Assembly: GCA_041737595.1 (NCBI GenBank)
Contig: JBGSRK010000010.1
Coordinates: 32,001 to 96,000 of the forward strand
DNA from: Patescibacteria group bacterium
GTDB lineage: Bacteria > Patescibacteriota > CPR2 > UBA1875
Reading direction: 5' to 3'
Length of the DNA stretch: 64,000 nt
The notes under the pieces are model-generated. The model did no database searches and was not told the origin of the DNA. It saw only the letters and a program-made list of their open reading frames with translations. Below are positions 31,001 through 39,235 of this stretch, piece after piece (within the stretch, counting starts at the first letter, position 1; the number at the start of each line of letters is the position of its first letter). Position numbers and translations under genes: made by a program.

Positions 31001-31701
31001 GTATTAGTTCTTGCACTTACAATTTTATATGAACCATCACCTATCGCCGCAATTGTCCCACCACTTACAGCTAAGTCAAAAGAAAATTCTCCTAAAGAAC
31101 TCTGTTTATAAAGTGTAATATATTCTTTTATACCATCATTAACTGAGTAAAAAGTTAAATCAGTATTTGGTATTACATTGGCATAATTAAGTTTATTAGT
31201 ACCAGTTGTATAAGTTTTTGATGAAGCAGTTGATTTTGTAAGAAGCGTAGCACCTGTTTTAGATTTGAATTCACCAATATTGGCAGTAATAGAAACACCA
31301 TCTTTATTTAATGAAAAACTTTTTTTTGAAAGATTCTTACTGAGTCTTAAATCAAAACTATTTTTATTATTTTTATAATCATCACCATATAAAAGACTAC
31401 TTAAAAGACCAGTATCCGTAATATTTGAATCAATGTCCTCAAAAGTCCTTACATTATTTATTGTACTTTCATAATGCATAGGTATTTCGGCTGTTACTAG
31501 CTCCTTACTACCATCGGACTTAAGATAAATTTTGCTATTTTCTGTTCTTTTTGATGTAAGTTCTATTTTACCAGTGGCGGGTGGGGTAGGTTCTGCCTCA
31601 GCCGTAGCATCAGCAGCAGCAAAAGCAACTGATGGAGTAACTGGTAAAAGAGAAAACATCATTATAAATATTAAAAACCAGGAAAACATTTTTCTAAGCA
31701 T
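25033..31701 (-). CDS. Secreted Rhs/YD-repeat polymorphic toxin (WapA-like) with GIY-YIG-like C-terminus
   Basis: Signal peptide, many YD repeats, RMYDPETGRF..DP...PITRIDPSG core end, Gly/Ala-rich segment, then YSVY...NYVGRT...ARGVEQILI. Confidence 0.92.
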   Translation of the reverse strand: MLRKMFSWFLIFIMMFSLLPVTPSVAFAAADATAEAEPTPPATGKIELTSKRTENSKIYLKSDGSKELVTAEIPMHYESTINNVRTFEDIDSNITDTGLLSSLLYGDDYKNNKNSFDLRLSKNLSKKSFSLNKDGVSITANIGEFKSKTGATLLTKSTASSKTYTTGTNKLNYANVIPNTDLTFYSVNDGIKEYITLYKQSSLGEFSFDLAVSGGTIAAIGDGSYKIVSARTNTEIFRIPRFLMWDSKGGKDNEQNSYNYNVPTVLSTITGGYRLTVKPDLRWLSAPERVFPIYIDPTITQYVTEDSYVQSGYPTTTSWDQRALYVGTGSTKGIMRTETKFTLPDLSGARILSAAFDVYQYGNCNGVCPTSSVTAYTTASYNPTNVYWNNKPAFLNSWGSASQANPYGWYHQDVSSLVRHWYEGGNSTGSWIGSIGFASTAEGTWGYRTWVSKNNPDYSNSYPKLTVSYNDYNATYYPTDVPSMFAGTTTEVPITVVNTGRNVWLSSQTKVSYHWVNNTTGAVLKSGLQTDIPANVAAKGGITTVLAKVKVPTIAGSYTLQWDMIQPGITWFSDQGVVKGLKTVTVSAPSFSSITHIGSDSIYSKVGPVDAVTGGISYSSTDMSVPSSIGGVSFSRSYDSNQLSNKTFNQDANGYIKTWLFNGPYKEAVVASRLTKAFIPGEATMKPSPGMTGSNNLWAPETETETTQVRLNQVFHRLSNFQVDTATNVSAYAHVYVYSPSDQTVQLRLGSDDGIKAWLNGTVLISREITRTLTLDSDIVSANLRQGWNSLTLKVSQGSASWQMSARFTNTSAQPLSGLIYSTYNPEIWKDQGVLGSGWSASFEERLYISDPENIYYKNGSGNINVYTKNTDGTYKKPAGITVSLTKNLDGTYYLLDKSGNKSYFGTDGKISRKTNLLGNTLSYEYVNGLCSRIINQNRSLAFEYNAASRLIKVNNNANQAVRYEYDANGVLSKVFDGQDNYYEYSYIETSKLERFRDKAGAVTSITYTGDKVNAITDALGNATNITYVDRLTTITDPLGRVTKLGFDSANMLSTMTNAKNYREKYVYDINFNLTKTFPDLATNDIYYYSINYKYDVNRNLLETTYPDGNKTTYVYVGNDMTSSTDMKGQITRYTYSTDGKRLLLSVTDSNAKVTTYGYDAMGRIVSVTDPKLQVSRYTYNSEGDILTAVTPKGEIMTNEYNSIGLIIKNISTLGKISTIEYDGLNRPVKVTDPLGTTIITEYSVGGNVIKTTDPKSNARLMDYDLLGRMIKATDEAGATTQFEYDKVGNKVKMINAKGKIFTYNFDVLNQIISQTDPEGNTINVTYDRNGNIVSTTDEKGNTSTSTYDKMGAVVNSVTPEGGSNNIYDKNHNVTAVTGTTSVNKLLYKNDFNITRQDSLAPISGSWNLTGGTYNQTDSSTAITTYRKSTIRNLNFSNGTVEFRVRRSSTTAPYFRLLYRSSGANNYYIGYIGSLWRAGAVITGQTEQYANGTGTLAVNTWYNIKIVSLGENVKLYVNNVKVIDYTFTRGLKEGQIELATYQTNASFDDLQVSSGSETVSVSYDPVNRPTQIATNTNGIARDAVDAAGNITQSVSATNTVSLTYDVNNQVTGVTNIQNSNGAVLASGQILRDAEGKITQITKANGDITRFGYDNGGRTISTVTTNRNAMVLASFGYEYDANSNVTSIIDKVRQERFNYSYDVRNQLTEDEKYSYSYDIAGNRLTRNGSDGVINYTYDENGDGNKLTQYNYTANDENNSYSATFSYDKSGNVTSRNNSKSGITNYEYDSSNKLKKAILPSGVVIEYIYDSNSGRRIQRIKTDTAGTKSYINFSYDGDMLISESDLNGNLIRAYTWDENENLISISIYNSDGTFKTYQYVKNAKGDVLGLTDTTGAKVVNYEYDSWGNVLKSETISDTVPANLNELNPRLYASYWYDSDLAQYFMKVRMYDPETGRFFSKDPVVASEFALDQNPYLYTANNPITRIDPSGKGFFSWVKNNAAAIVGGVVGTVVGVAVGAVVGLATGGLGTGAGYVAGAFVAGAITGALAGYVAGGVAGGLTQVAIDRASGKKSSIGNSFNNGFSKGSTAGAIGGAISGAISAGITAASVTILAKALVASSTTITAANGLADRTYSVYVEKSAGVINYVGRTVDIVRRAKEWSSDGRIVQEVYSNLTYAQARGVEQILIDNNGGLTNLANKINGISTLNPNYSHYINEGTKALLR

Positions 31702-31731
31702 TTTAGACCTCCTCCCCCAATTTATTAGTAC

Positions 31732-31754
31732 AAAAAAGACCGCACAGGGCGGTC
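31732..31754 (-). terminator. Intrinsic terminator in the Rhs 5' leader
   Basis: GACCGC-CCTGT-GCGGTC followed by TTTTTT, 30 nt before the start codon. Confidence 0.8.
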
Positions 31755-31761
31755 GTAAAAA

Positions 31762-31860
31762 TATCCTCTAACGCTATTATAGCCAGTGAGTTGTAAAACG
31801 ACAGGCTTGTATGCCTGTCCCCCTTTCTCAAAACATTAAGCGAACTGCTCAACATTGATA
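31762..31860 (-). ncRNA. Putative structured cis-regulatory leader RNA
   Basis: TATC/GATA closing stem around three hairpins, between the promoter and the terminator. Confidence 0.55.
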
Positions 31861-31882
31861 ATCCTTATATTTAATTAAGCTA

Positions 31883-31911
31883 ATACTATACCTAGGTATA
31901 ATTAATGTCAA
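31883..31911 (-). promoter_or_regulatory. Sigma70 promoter of the Rhs gene with a palindromic spacer
   Basis: TTGACA-17 bp-TAGTAT; perfect palindrome TATACCTAGGTATA at 31887..31900. Confidence 0.7.
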
Positions 31912-32003
31912 TAGTTTTTATTTGTCATCTTAGTTATGGCTAATAATAGTAAGTAAGCGGTAGAGTATATTATTTTTGCTTGTCCCTAAATTTCAATTAT
32001 AAA

Positions 32004-34409
32004 TTATGATTTTACTTTTAGTTCTTTTGCAGTTTGTTCGAGGTCTTTTTTATCTACACTATCAGGAAGGGGCGTTTCAATCCCTGCTGCTTTTGTTGCA
32101 ATCACATCTCCTGTGGCAATTGGACTCCCAGGTGTAACAGTTGCTCCTATTTCTGCTTTTGTATTTTCTAAAACTGATGGGCTAACCCCTATTCCTGCAG
32201 CAAGTTCTCCAATAGCTGGGGTTGTAGGAGAACCAGGTGTTGGGGCAGGAGCAGAAGCTCGTTTTATTTTTAATTTTGATTTTATTGGTAATTTAAATCC
32301 AAATACTGATCCTTTGCCTTCTTCTGAATGAAAAATAAGTTCTCCACCATGATCATCCATAACACGTTTTGCAAGATAAATCCCAAGCCCTGTTCCATCT
32401 GGACGAACATGTCTTGCGTTATCGGCTCGATAAAACTTAGTAAACAAATTTGCCTGTTGAGCCTTAGGGACACCAATACCTGTATCTGTTACTTTAAAAA
32501 TAACGTTTTCTTTATCATGTTCAAGGGTTATTGTGGCACTTCCTTCAGTCGTATAATAAACCGCATTATCTATAAAATTCATCATTACCTGTCTTATTTT
32601 TGTTTCGTCGGCCCAAACATGAGGAGTTTTGCCCTTTATTACAAGTGATAATTTTAATTTCTTTTCTTTAGCATGATTTTGTAATTGTTTAACTTCTTCC
32701 CCTGCCACTCTTTCCATATCAATCTCCACTGGTTCAATAAAAAATCTGCCTGTTTCCATTCTTGATACATTCAAAAGATCATTTATTAACCCAACCATAC
32801 GATTTGCGCCCGAAAAAGCCTCGTTTACGAAGTCGTATTGTGAAACTTTTATTTCCCCTGCATCACCTTCAAGCAACATAGAAAGATAGCCCTTGATGGC
32901 TGTAAGTGGTGTACGAAGCTGATGAGAAGCCATTGAGATAAATTCATCCTTAGCTTTATCAAGTTCTCGGAGCTGACTATTCTTTTTTTCAAGTTCATGA
33001 GTTGCTTTTTTAATCTCCTGCCGTAAAGTAACATTAAATTTTTCAATCTTTTCAAAAGACTTTGCATTAGTAATCGCAACTGCCATTTCTGGAGCAATAA
33101 TTTCAAATATTTTATGATCAGAACCAGAATACATATCACCAGATTGTTTTTCGCCAAGAAGAAGTACACCAACTGTGTCTGCATTTGTTTTTATCGGCAC
33201 AGAAACAGAAACATTATATTTTTTTAGAAGTTTTTTATAATGAGATGAGTCTTCTAATTCATCACTAATTAATATGCCATCTTTTGCAAGCTTAACTATA
33301 TCTGCTTCTTCTAATTTTATTGCTTCTTTATAACCTATGGTTTGAGAATTATATATCTCGCCAACATCTGTTAAAACAACTAAAACCCCTCTTGTAATTT
33401 TCATTTCACGCTGCAGAAGTTCAAGTATTTTATACATCATTTCAATAAGAACAATTGTGGAACCGATTGTATGCGCAAAAGTATCTAGAAGTGCCTCTGG
33501 ATCATATTGATTTTTAAAGAATATTTTATCTGTAATACGCGTAATCCAACGCTTAAGTGGTTGGAAAGAGAAAGCCATAAGAACAGCAAGAGTTGTACGA
33601 ACGGCCATTTGTCCAAGATTTAATGTGTTTTGTCCTGGGAATAAAATACGCTCAAATCCAAAAACACCTCCAGCGTAAATTGCCGCCATTGAAAATACCA
33701 GAATTGAATACGCCACAGACCGCGCCACCACCATCCGAATATCCATCATTTTATGTTTGACAATCGCATAAGCAGTAAATGATAAGAAGAAAATTAAAGA
33801 AGAAGGGATAATGCTTGAACCAACAATCTTCCCTAACATTAAAGAAATCCCCAAAATTGACAATGCAATAACAGCAGTTAAAAATACTCCAAAAAACATC
33901 AGTTTAATCTGTTCTCTAACTATCCCTTTTGATTTATAGCGCTTATATAAAAGCATGCTAAGGGCTAAAATTGAATATAAAATAAAATATATTTGAAAAT
34001 ATATATAAAGTTGGCCTGGAATCATTTCAGCTATATTCCCATCAACTATATTTACAGATAAATTTGAATTACTTAATAAATAAGGGAGAAAGAATAAAGG
34101 TGGCAAAAATAAAACTAGTTTGAATATTTTATTAATTTTTGGTTTTTCAATAGGAAAATATATAGAAAAAAGCAATAAAAAAGAAGCAATAAATAATGCT
34201 CCTAATAATGTGGTCCTAGACCAAAAAAGTTCTCCACTTACAGTACTTGAAAAATCGGCAAGTATATTAGTTATTAACCATAACACCATTGATGCACCAA
34301 TCCCGGCAAAACTAATATTGATACTGTTTTTTATATTACGCAACAAAACTAATATTGAAATAAATATTGTTACTAATAAAACTAAAATTCCAACGTATGT
34401 TCCAAACAC
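32004..34409 (-). CDS. Sensor histidine kinase: N-terminal 7TM-type region, GAF, HisKA, HATPase
   Basis: Multiple TM helices; LLLGEKQSGDMYS; ASHQLRTPLT; NFIDNA, DTGIG, GTGLG. Confidence 0.92.
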   Translation of the reverse strand: MFGTYVGILVLLVTIFISILVLLRNIKNSINISFAGIGASMVLWLITNILADFSSTVSGELFWSRTTLLGALFIASFLLLFSIYFPIEKPKINKIFKLVLFLPPLFFLPYLLSNSNLSVNIVDGNIAEMIPGQLYIYFQIYFILYSILALSMLLYKRYKSKGIVREQIKLMFFGVFLTAVIALSILGISLMLGKIVGSSIIPSSLIFFLSFTAYAIVKHKMMDIRMVVARSVAYSILVFSMAAIYAGGVFGFERILFPGQNTLNLGQMAVRTTLAVLMAFSFQPLKRWITRITDKIFFKNQYDPEALLDTFAHTIGSTIVLIEMMYKILELLQREMKITRGVLVVLTDVGEIYNSQTIGYKEAIKLEEADIVKLAKDGILISDELEDSSHYKKLLKKYNVSVSVPIKTNADTVGVLLLGEKQSGDMYSGSDHKIFEIIAPEMAVAITNAKSFEKIEKFNVTLRQEIKKATHELEKKNSQLRELDKAKDEFISMASHQLRTPLTAIKGYLSMLLEGDAGEIKVSQYDFVNEAFSGANRMVGLINDLLNVSRMETGRFFIEPVEIDMERVAGEEVKQLQNHAKEKKLKLSLVIKGKTPHVWADETKIRQVMMNFIDNAVYYTTEGSATITLEHDKENVIFKVTDTGIGVPKAQQANLFTKFYRADNARHVRPDGTGLGIYLAKRVMDDHGGELIFHSEEGKGSVFGFKLPIKSKLKIKRASAPAPTPGSPTTPAIGELAAGIGVSPSVLENTKAEIGATVTPGSPIATGDVIATKAAGIETPLPDSVDKKDLEQTAKELKVKS

Positions 34410-34445
34410 TTTCCCTCCGAATTTAATAAGCTATAAACCATTATA

Positions 34446-35111
34446 TTATTTTTTAGCAATAATTAGAACACTAGTATTACAGTAAACTAATTTTTTTGTA
34501 ATAACATTTAGCCCACTATTATTAATGGCTTCGATTATTTCGTCTTTTTTATATATTCTAATATTTTTCGGATTAACTAAAAATATATTTAACAAAAAAA
34601 CTAAAATTAGACCTGGAGTATATATAATAATTTTAGGGATATATTTAGCCTTAATCCCAGTTAATGAACATTTTATAATTTTTAAAATATTATTTTCAAT
34701 TGAACTGGTTATTACTAATTCTCCATTTTCTGTTAATAATGAGTTAATTTCTAAAAAAAATTTATTTATATCATCTACCCCTATTAGAGAATTTATTGAA
34801 ATTATTTTTTCAAATTTTTTATTTAATGGATAATGATATTTATTCATATCATGGATAATAAAACTACCTTTTTTGATTTTTTTCTTCGATATTTTAACCA
34901 TCTGTTTTGAACTATCCATCATAGTAAAATTGCCAGTATCACCATATAATCTTTCAAAATTACCAGTACCTGAACCAATATCTAACACATTTTCATTGGA
35001 GTTTATATTTGAAGCAATAAATATGTTATTTAATAATTGATTATAAGAGGGTAACGCTAATAAAGAATTATATAAATATGAATAAACATGCCATAAATAT
35101 TTTTCTTTCAT
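34446..35111 (-). CDS. Class I SAM-dependent methyltransferase
   Basis: VLDIGSGTGN; ATGA overlap with the ThiF gene. Confidence 0.85.
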   Translation of the reverse strand: MKEKYLWHVYSYLYNSLLALPSYNQLLNNIFIASNINSNENVLDIGSGTGNFERLYGDTGNFTMMDSSKQMVKISKKKIKKGSFIIHDMNKYHYPLNKKFEKIISINSLIGVDDINKFFLEINSLLTENGELVITSSIENNILKIIKCSLTGIKAKYIPKIIIYTPGLILVFLLNIFLVNPKNIRIYKKDEIIEAINNSGLNVITKKLVYCNTSVLIIAKK

Positions 35112-35923
35112 TTTTTTAATAACTCATAAAAATCAATTTCATAATATTCTGGGGTGATTTTTAATTCTTTTTTATACACAAATTGTTTTATTATAGCCAT
35201 CTCAATAAGAGATGCTGCGGCCGTAACACCTAAACTAGTACTGGGAATATATGTTTCTCTTTTGAATATTTTTTGAGCCAAAGCTTTTGCAGTATAAGTA
35301 GGAATTTTAGGGCAAAACTTATTTATTGGGATTCTATGTTTGTTTATGGCCTCTGTTGTCATTTTTTCTGGTTTTTTTAATCCAATATAATCTTCAAATT
35401 TTATACTTTTATCAGAAAAAACAAATAAATTCGCCCCTAAACCAATTGCTTGAGCCGCAAGAACAATTTTATTATTTTCTCTGGCTACCTTATGAAGTAA
35501 GTATAAATAGTAAGGCAGATTATATTCTATAGCATCTACAATAATATCTGATTGTACAAATCTTTGTACATTTTCTTCTGACACACCCTCTTTAAATATC
35601 TCTATCTTGAGATTGGGATTTATTTTTTTACAATTATCTAAAATTATATCGATTTTTTTTCTATTTATATTAGTAGAATCCGAAAAAATTTGTCTATTTA
35701 AATTTGAAATTTCAAAAATATCAGGTTCAGCAACTTTAAATTTTTCTATTCCAAGCCGAACAAGTCTTTCAAATAAAATTCCACCCACACCACCAAGCCC
35801 AGCTATTGATACTGAAATATTTTTTATTTTCTCTTGTTCTTTTTCTGTAAAAACTCCAATATTCCTCTGAAAAATTTCATCATAAGTATATTTTTGTTTT
35901 TTATCGGACTTTTTGTCGGTCAT
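35108..35923 (-). CDS. ThiF/MoeB-family adenylyltransferase
   Basis: FQRNIG, IAGLGGVGG, SNLNRQ, KINP, VDAIE. Confidence 0.88.
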   Translation of the reverse strand: MTDKKSDKKQKYTYDEIFQRNIGVFTEKEQEKIKNISVSIAGLGGVGGILFERLVRLGIEKFKVAEPDIFEISNLNRQIFSDSTNINRKKIDIILDNCKKINPNLKIEIFKEGVSEENVQRFVQSDIIVDAIEYNLPYYLYLLHKVARENNKIVLAAQAIGLGANLFVFSDKSIKFEDYIGLKKPEKMTTEAINKHRIPINKFCPKIPTYTAKALAQKIFKRETYIPSTSLGVTAAASLIEMAIIKQFVYKKELKITPEYYEIDFYELLKK

Positions 35924-36017
35924 AAATCCCCCTTGCTTTGTGCTTCCATAATAACATAAATGATACTTTCATAAAATTATAAATATAAATACAAATTTAA
36001 AAGAACTGACCTTATCA

Positions 36018-36048
36018 AAATTGATGGAAGTCGGACTTCCATCAATTT
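36018..36048. repeat. Long perfect hairpin AAATTGATGGAAGTC-G-GACTTCCATCAATTT
   Basis: 15-bp inverted repeat next to the first 52-bp repeat. Confidence 0.7.
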
Positions 36049-36051
36049 ATC

Positions 36052-36103
36052 TACTTCACTTTATAAAAGCACAAGCAAATTATGTACTTCACTTTAGTGA
36101 CGT
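36052..36103. repeat. Recombination-site-like repeat, copy 1
   Basis: TACTTCACTTTATAAAAGCACAAGCAAATTATGTACTTCACTTTAGTGACGT. Confidence 0.85.
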
Positions 36104-36138
36104 ATCTAAATATTTATATGTTTATTTTTTCTTTTAAT

Positions 36139-37152
36139 TTATTCCGAGGTAGCATGTTTAATCATTACCTCTACTTCTTGACTTGCATTAATGTATTTTA
36201 CTTCTCTTTTCTTGTTTTGATTTGCCCAAACTCTAAAAATCTCATCAGCAAAGCCCTGCCCTATCATTTTTATACCCTTAAAATCTAAAGTTAAAATATC
36301 AAATTTACCAAGACCAAAAAGAATTCTTCTTGCTTGAGATCTGGAAATATAAACTGTATCGTTTTTATAAAGATTTACTTTTATTTCTGTTTTAGTAAAC
36401 TTAAATGTTTCAGGATCGGAATACTTATTAAAAACATCAGAGAGATTTTTGATAGCGTCTTTTTTAATAGAAAAAGAAACCCGAGTCCCGCATCTTTTTG
36501 GGTTAGTAGCAAGAAAAACGTCGGGTATGGTATTATCAAAAATAATTTTATGCCCCGAGCCATATATTATAAATTTATCTGCAATCTTTGAGGTAAAAAA
36601 AATCCCTTCACCCGAATGTGCCTCTGGCGCGGTGGTTTGTTTCCCTTTCATTAAATCTTGTATTGCTTCAATATCTGACTTTAATTTTTTTTTCTTCCTT
36701 ATATTATTAAAAATACCAACACCATCATCTGAGATATTAAAATTAATCAGATTATTATCTTTTTCAAATTGAATATTTATTTTTTCAGATTTTGAATGAT
36801 CTATCGCATTATTAAGCATTTCGGTAAATGCATAAGTAATAATTTCTTTTGTTTTTTTACTAACATCACTAAACAATGTTTCATCTTTTATTCTGTCCCA
36901 AATAAAATCCTCGCTCAGGTCCTTATTTTTAAATTCCCGCATTAAAACCTTGCTTGCAAAGTTTTTAGAACCAAGAACATAAATAGCTTTGTTGGCCCTA
37001 CCAATAAGAGATATTTCACCTAGGCGAACCATTTCACTCATCTTTCGTTGTATATACGCACGACTATAGCCAGTTTCAAGTGTAATATCTGAAACTTTAA
37101 TTTGCCCTTTTTCTTTTATTCTCTTCTTTACTATTTCTTTTATTTTTTCCAT
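36139..37152 (-). CDS. HTH + HATPase_c + STAS-like (DUF4325-type) protein
   Basis: N-terminal HTH; EMLNNAIDHS, DDGVGIF, HSGEGIFF; SRSQARR...LDFKGI...GFADEIFRVW. Confidence 0.85.
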   Translation of the reverse strand: MEKIKEIVKKRIKEKGQIKVSDITLETGYSRAYIQRKMSEMVRLGEISLIGRANKAIYVLGSKNFASKVLMREFKNKDLSEDFIWDRIKDETLFSDVSKKTKEIITYAFTEMLNNAIDHSKSEKINIQFEKDNNLINFNISDDGVGIFNNIRKKKKLKSDIEAIQDLMKGKQTTAPEAHSGEGIFFTSKIADKFIIYGSGHKIIFDNTIPDVFLATNPKRCGTRVSFSIKKDAIKNLSDVFNKYSDPETFKFTKTEIKVNLYKNDTVYISRSQARRILFGLGKFDILTLDFKGIKMIGQGFADEIFRVWANQNKKREVKYINASQEVEVMIKHATSE

Positions 37153-37161
37153 GATTTGTTT

Positions 37162-37208
37162 ACAACTTATTATAATTAGATTTTATATAGTTGTATATAA
37201 GTTGTCAA
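37162..37208 (-). promoter_or_regulatory. Promoter overlapped by ACAACT(T)AT repeats
   Basis: TTGACA-17 bp-TAAAAT; two direct copies and one inverted copy of ACAACT. Confidence 0.6.
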
Positions 37209-37211
37209 CTA

Positions 37212-37595
37212 TTAAACTTGATTATTAATCTTTTCTTTTAACTTATTCCAAAATAAAAAGGTTGAAATAAAAATCCAACCAATAAAAAGCACCCAGAACC
37301 ACCAAGGAATATTTCGGCCCCAACCAATTACATAAATATATGGCATAACCCAAGCGGCTCGATTAACCACTAATGGGAAAATAAATCCGTTTTCGGTTAG
37401 AATATCTGTAATTTTAAGATTTAAATTTTTGTCTTTATATCTTTTTCTAAAATCTACTGCCTCGCGCAAAAGCCCATACCAACCGAAGTAATAGAATGGG
37501 ACAGAAAATAACATCAAAAAAATAAATATTTTTGGGTCAACATGATATTGGTTAACAGCGAGATCGTTCCATATCTGAATAATATTAATATTCAT
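37212..37595 (-). CDS. Small membrane protein
   Basis: Trp-rich hydrophobic segments; overlaps the upstream GNAT gene. Confidence 0.7.
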   Translation of the reverse strand: MNINIIQIWNDLAVNQYHVDPKIFIFLMLFSVPFYYFGWYGLLREAVDFRKRYKDKNLNLKITDILTENGFIFPLVVNRAAWVMPYIYVIGWGRNIPWWFWVLFIGWIFISTFLFWNKLKEKINNQV

Positions 37596-38373
37596 CCCTT
37601 ATGAGCCCCCCTAAACTAACAATAGAACGAACCACAACTTCGTTACCTGGTTTTAAATAATGTTTTGCAAAAATTCGAAGCTTTTTATCTGGGATATTTT
37701 CTGTTTCTCTAAAAATAAGATTCGGCTTATCATCATAAAAACCTATCATTACGTCACCACATCTATCAAGTTTTCGATAAGTTTCACCTGTTGCTTTAAG
37801 ATAAAGATTGATCGTTTCCCAAGTTCTATCATCTGCATAATCAATCTTCCCTGTTTTCTCGTCTACTTTATACGGGTTAGGATAAATAAAATCAGCCACT
37901 TTTGCTAAAGCCCCAATAGTTCTAATATTAGGAGTAATAAAAACAAACTCAATTTTTGTTTTAAAGTGTAATAAATTTTCCATGAATATTTTAAGGCCAA
38001 GAGTAGCATGCATTTTTTTCATAAAGCCAAGCCCTTGATAATCAGGGTCAACAGCCGTAAGCCCAAATGAATACACATATCTTCCATCAATATGAATTTT
38101 TTTAATCGGGGCTACCCCAATTAGATCATCCTTATTATTTCTTAAAAGCATTAAATATCTTGTATGTAAAATACTGTTTTCCAAATATTTCTTAGGAAAT
38201 TTGCCCCAAGCTTTTTCAACCACTTTTGAAATCTCTTCAAGCGCTTCGGATTGATTTTTTTTAGGGATATTGTTTAGCGAATCTTTAATTATTTCGGCAT
38301 AAAAATGAACACTCTCTGCAGAGCGTACCACTCTTAATTCTTTAACATTACTAAATTTAGAATAACGCTTCAT
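37585..38373 (-). CDS. GNAT-fold acyltransferase-like protein
   Basis: TAVDPDYQGLGFM acetyl-CoA-binding motif A. Confidence 0.7.
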   Translation of the reverse strand: MKRYSKFSNVKELRVVRSAESVHFYAEIIKDSLNNIPKKNQSEALEEISKVVEKAWGKFPKKYLENSILHTRYLMLLRNNKDDLIGVAPIKKIHIDGRYVYSFGLTAVDPDYQGLGFMKKMHATLGLKIFMENLLHFKTKIEFVFITPNIRTIGALAKVADFIYPNPYKVDEKTGKIDYADDRTWETINLYLKATGETYRKLDRCGDVMIGFYDDKPNLIFRETENIPDKKLRIFAKHYLKPGNEVVVRSIVSLGGLIRDEY

Positions 38374-38499
38374 TAATAATTGCTTTAACCACTACATTTT
38401 AACATAATTTATTATTTTTTATCATAAAACTTGTAATTCAAAAAAAACTAAAAATCAATTAACTCCATTCACAATAAATGTGTATATACCACACTACTA

Positions 38500-38551
38500 T
38501 ACTTCACTTTATGAAAGCATAAGCATGTTATGTACTTCGCTTTAGCGAAGT
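38500..38551. repeat. Recombination-site-like repeat, copy 2
   Basis: TACTTCACTTTATGAAAGCATAAGCATGTTATGTACTTCGCTTTAGCGAAGT. Confidence 0.85.
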
Positions 38552-38566
38552 GGTTAGACAAAAAAA

Positions 38567-39235
38567 TTAAGAAACTTTTTTTCTATATTTTTTTAGAAAA
38601 ACTTTAATTGTTTTTGATAAAATCTTTCCAAAGTCTTTTTCTGATTTCGCAATTTTTTCGATATCTTTTCTAAGATTTTGGTGGTTTGGATATCCTTTAG
38701 ACGGTATACTCCATTTTTCAAATTCAGGGTTCAGAAGTACTGTTAGCGCTTCTTTAATATCATGTGCTTGTTGATTTGAAAGACCAGCATCAAGCATCAT
38801 CTTCCAATAATATTTATGAACTATAAGATGCATACATTCATGCATCGCAGTTTTATAAAACCAATCTGGACTTGCCCCATAATGGGCATAAAATCCCCCA
38901 TCATCCGAATCATATGGACAACGCATATTAGTTGTAAAAATTACATAAACTTCTTTAAATGGTACTTTTTTACCAGTTATTTTTATAAGAGGTTCTTCTA
39001 TATTTTTTGGATTTATGGCAACCTGCATCCATTCAATATATTTTTTTACTGCACCACTCTTATAATATTTATTATTTAAATATGCACGCATTTTCTTTTT
39101 ATCATGAGCATCCTTTTTTGTTAGATCTTTGGGCCAATTTTTAAGCCAATCCTGCCCATAGGAACCTGTATTATTTAAGGTTTCTTGCCAATTCCAAACA
39201 TCACTAGATATACTTTCCTTATATATTAATTTCAT
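38567..39235 (-). CDS. Hypothetical protein with HExxH...E motif (zincin-like)
   Basis: TAMHECMHLIVH ... IKEALT. Confidence 0.65.
   Translation of the reverse strand: MKLIYKESISSDVWNWQETLNNTGSYGQDWLKNWPKDLTKKDAHDKKKMRAYLNNKYYKSGAVKKYIEWMQVAINPKNIEEPLIKITGKKVPFKEVYVIFTTNMRCPYDSDDGGFYAHYGASPDWFYKTAMHECMHLIVHKYYWKMMLDAGLSNQQAHDIKEALTVLLNPEFEKWSIPSKGYPNHQNLRKDIEKIAKSEKDFGKILSKTIKVFLKKYRKKVS

Noticed and set aside
31782-31803. GCCAGTGAGTTGTAAAACGAC resembles the M13/lacZ primer site
   Set aside because: The match is short and rearranged, with no other vector sequence, and it is part of the leader's stems
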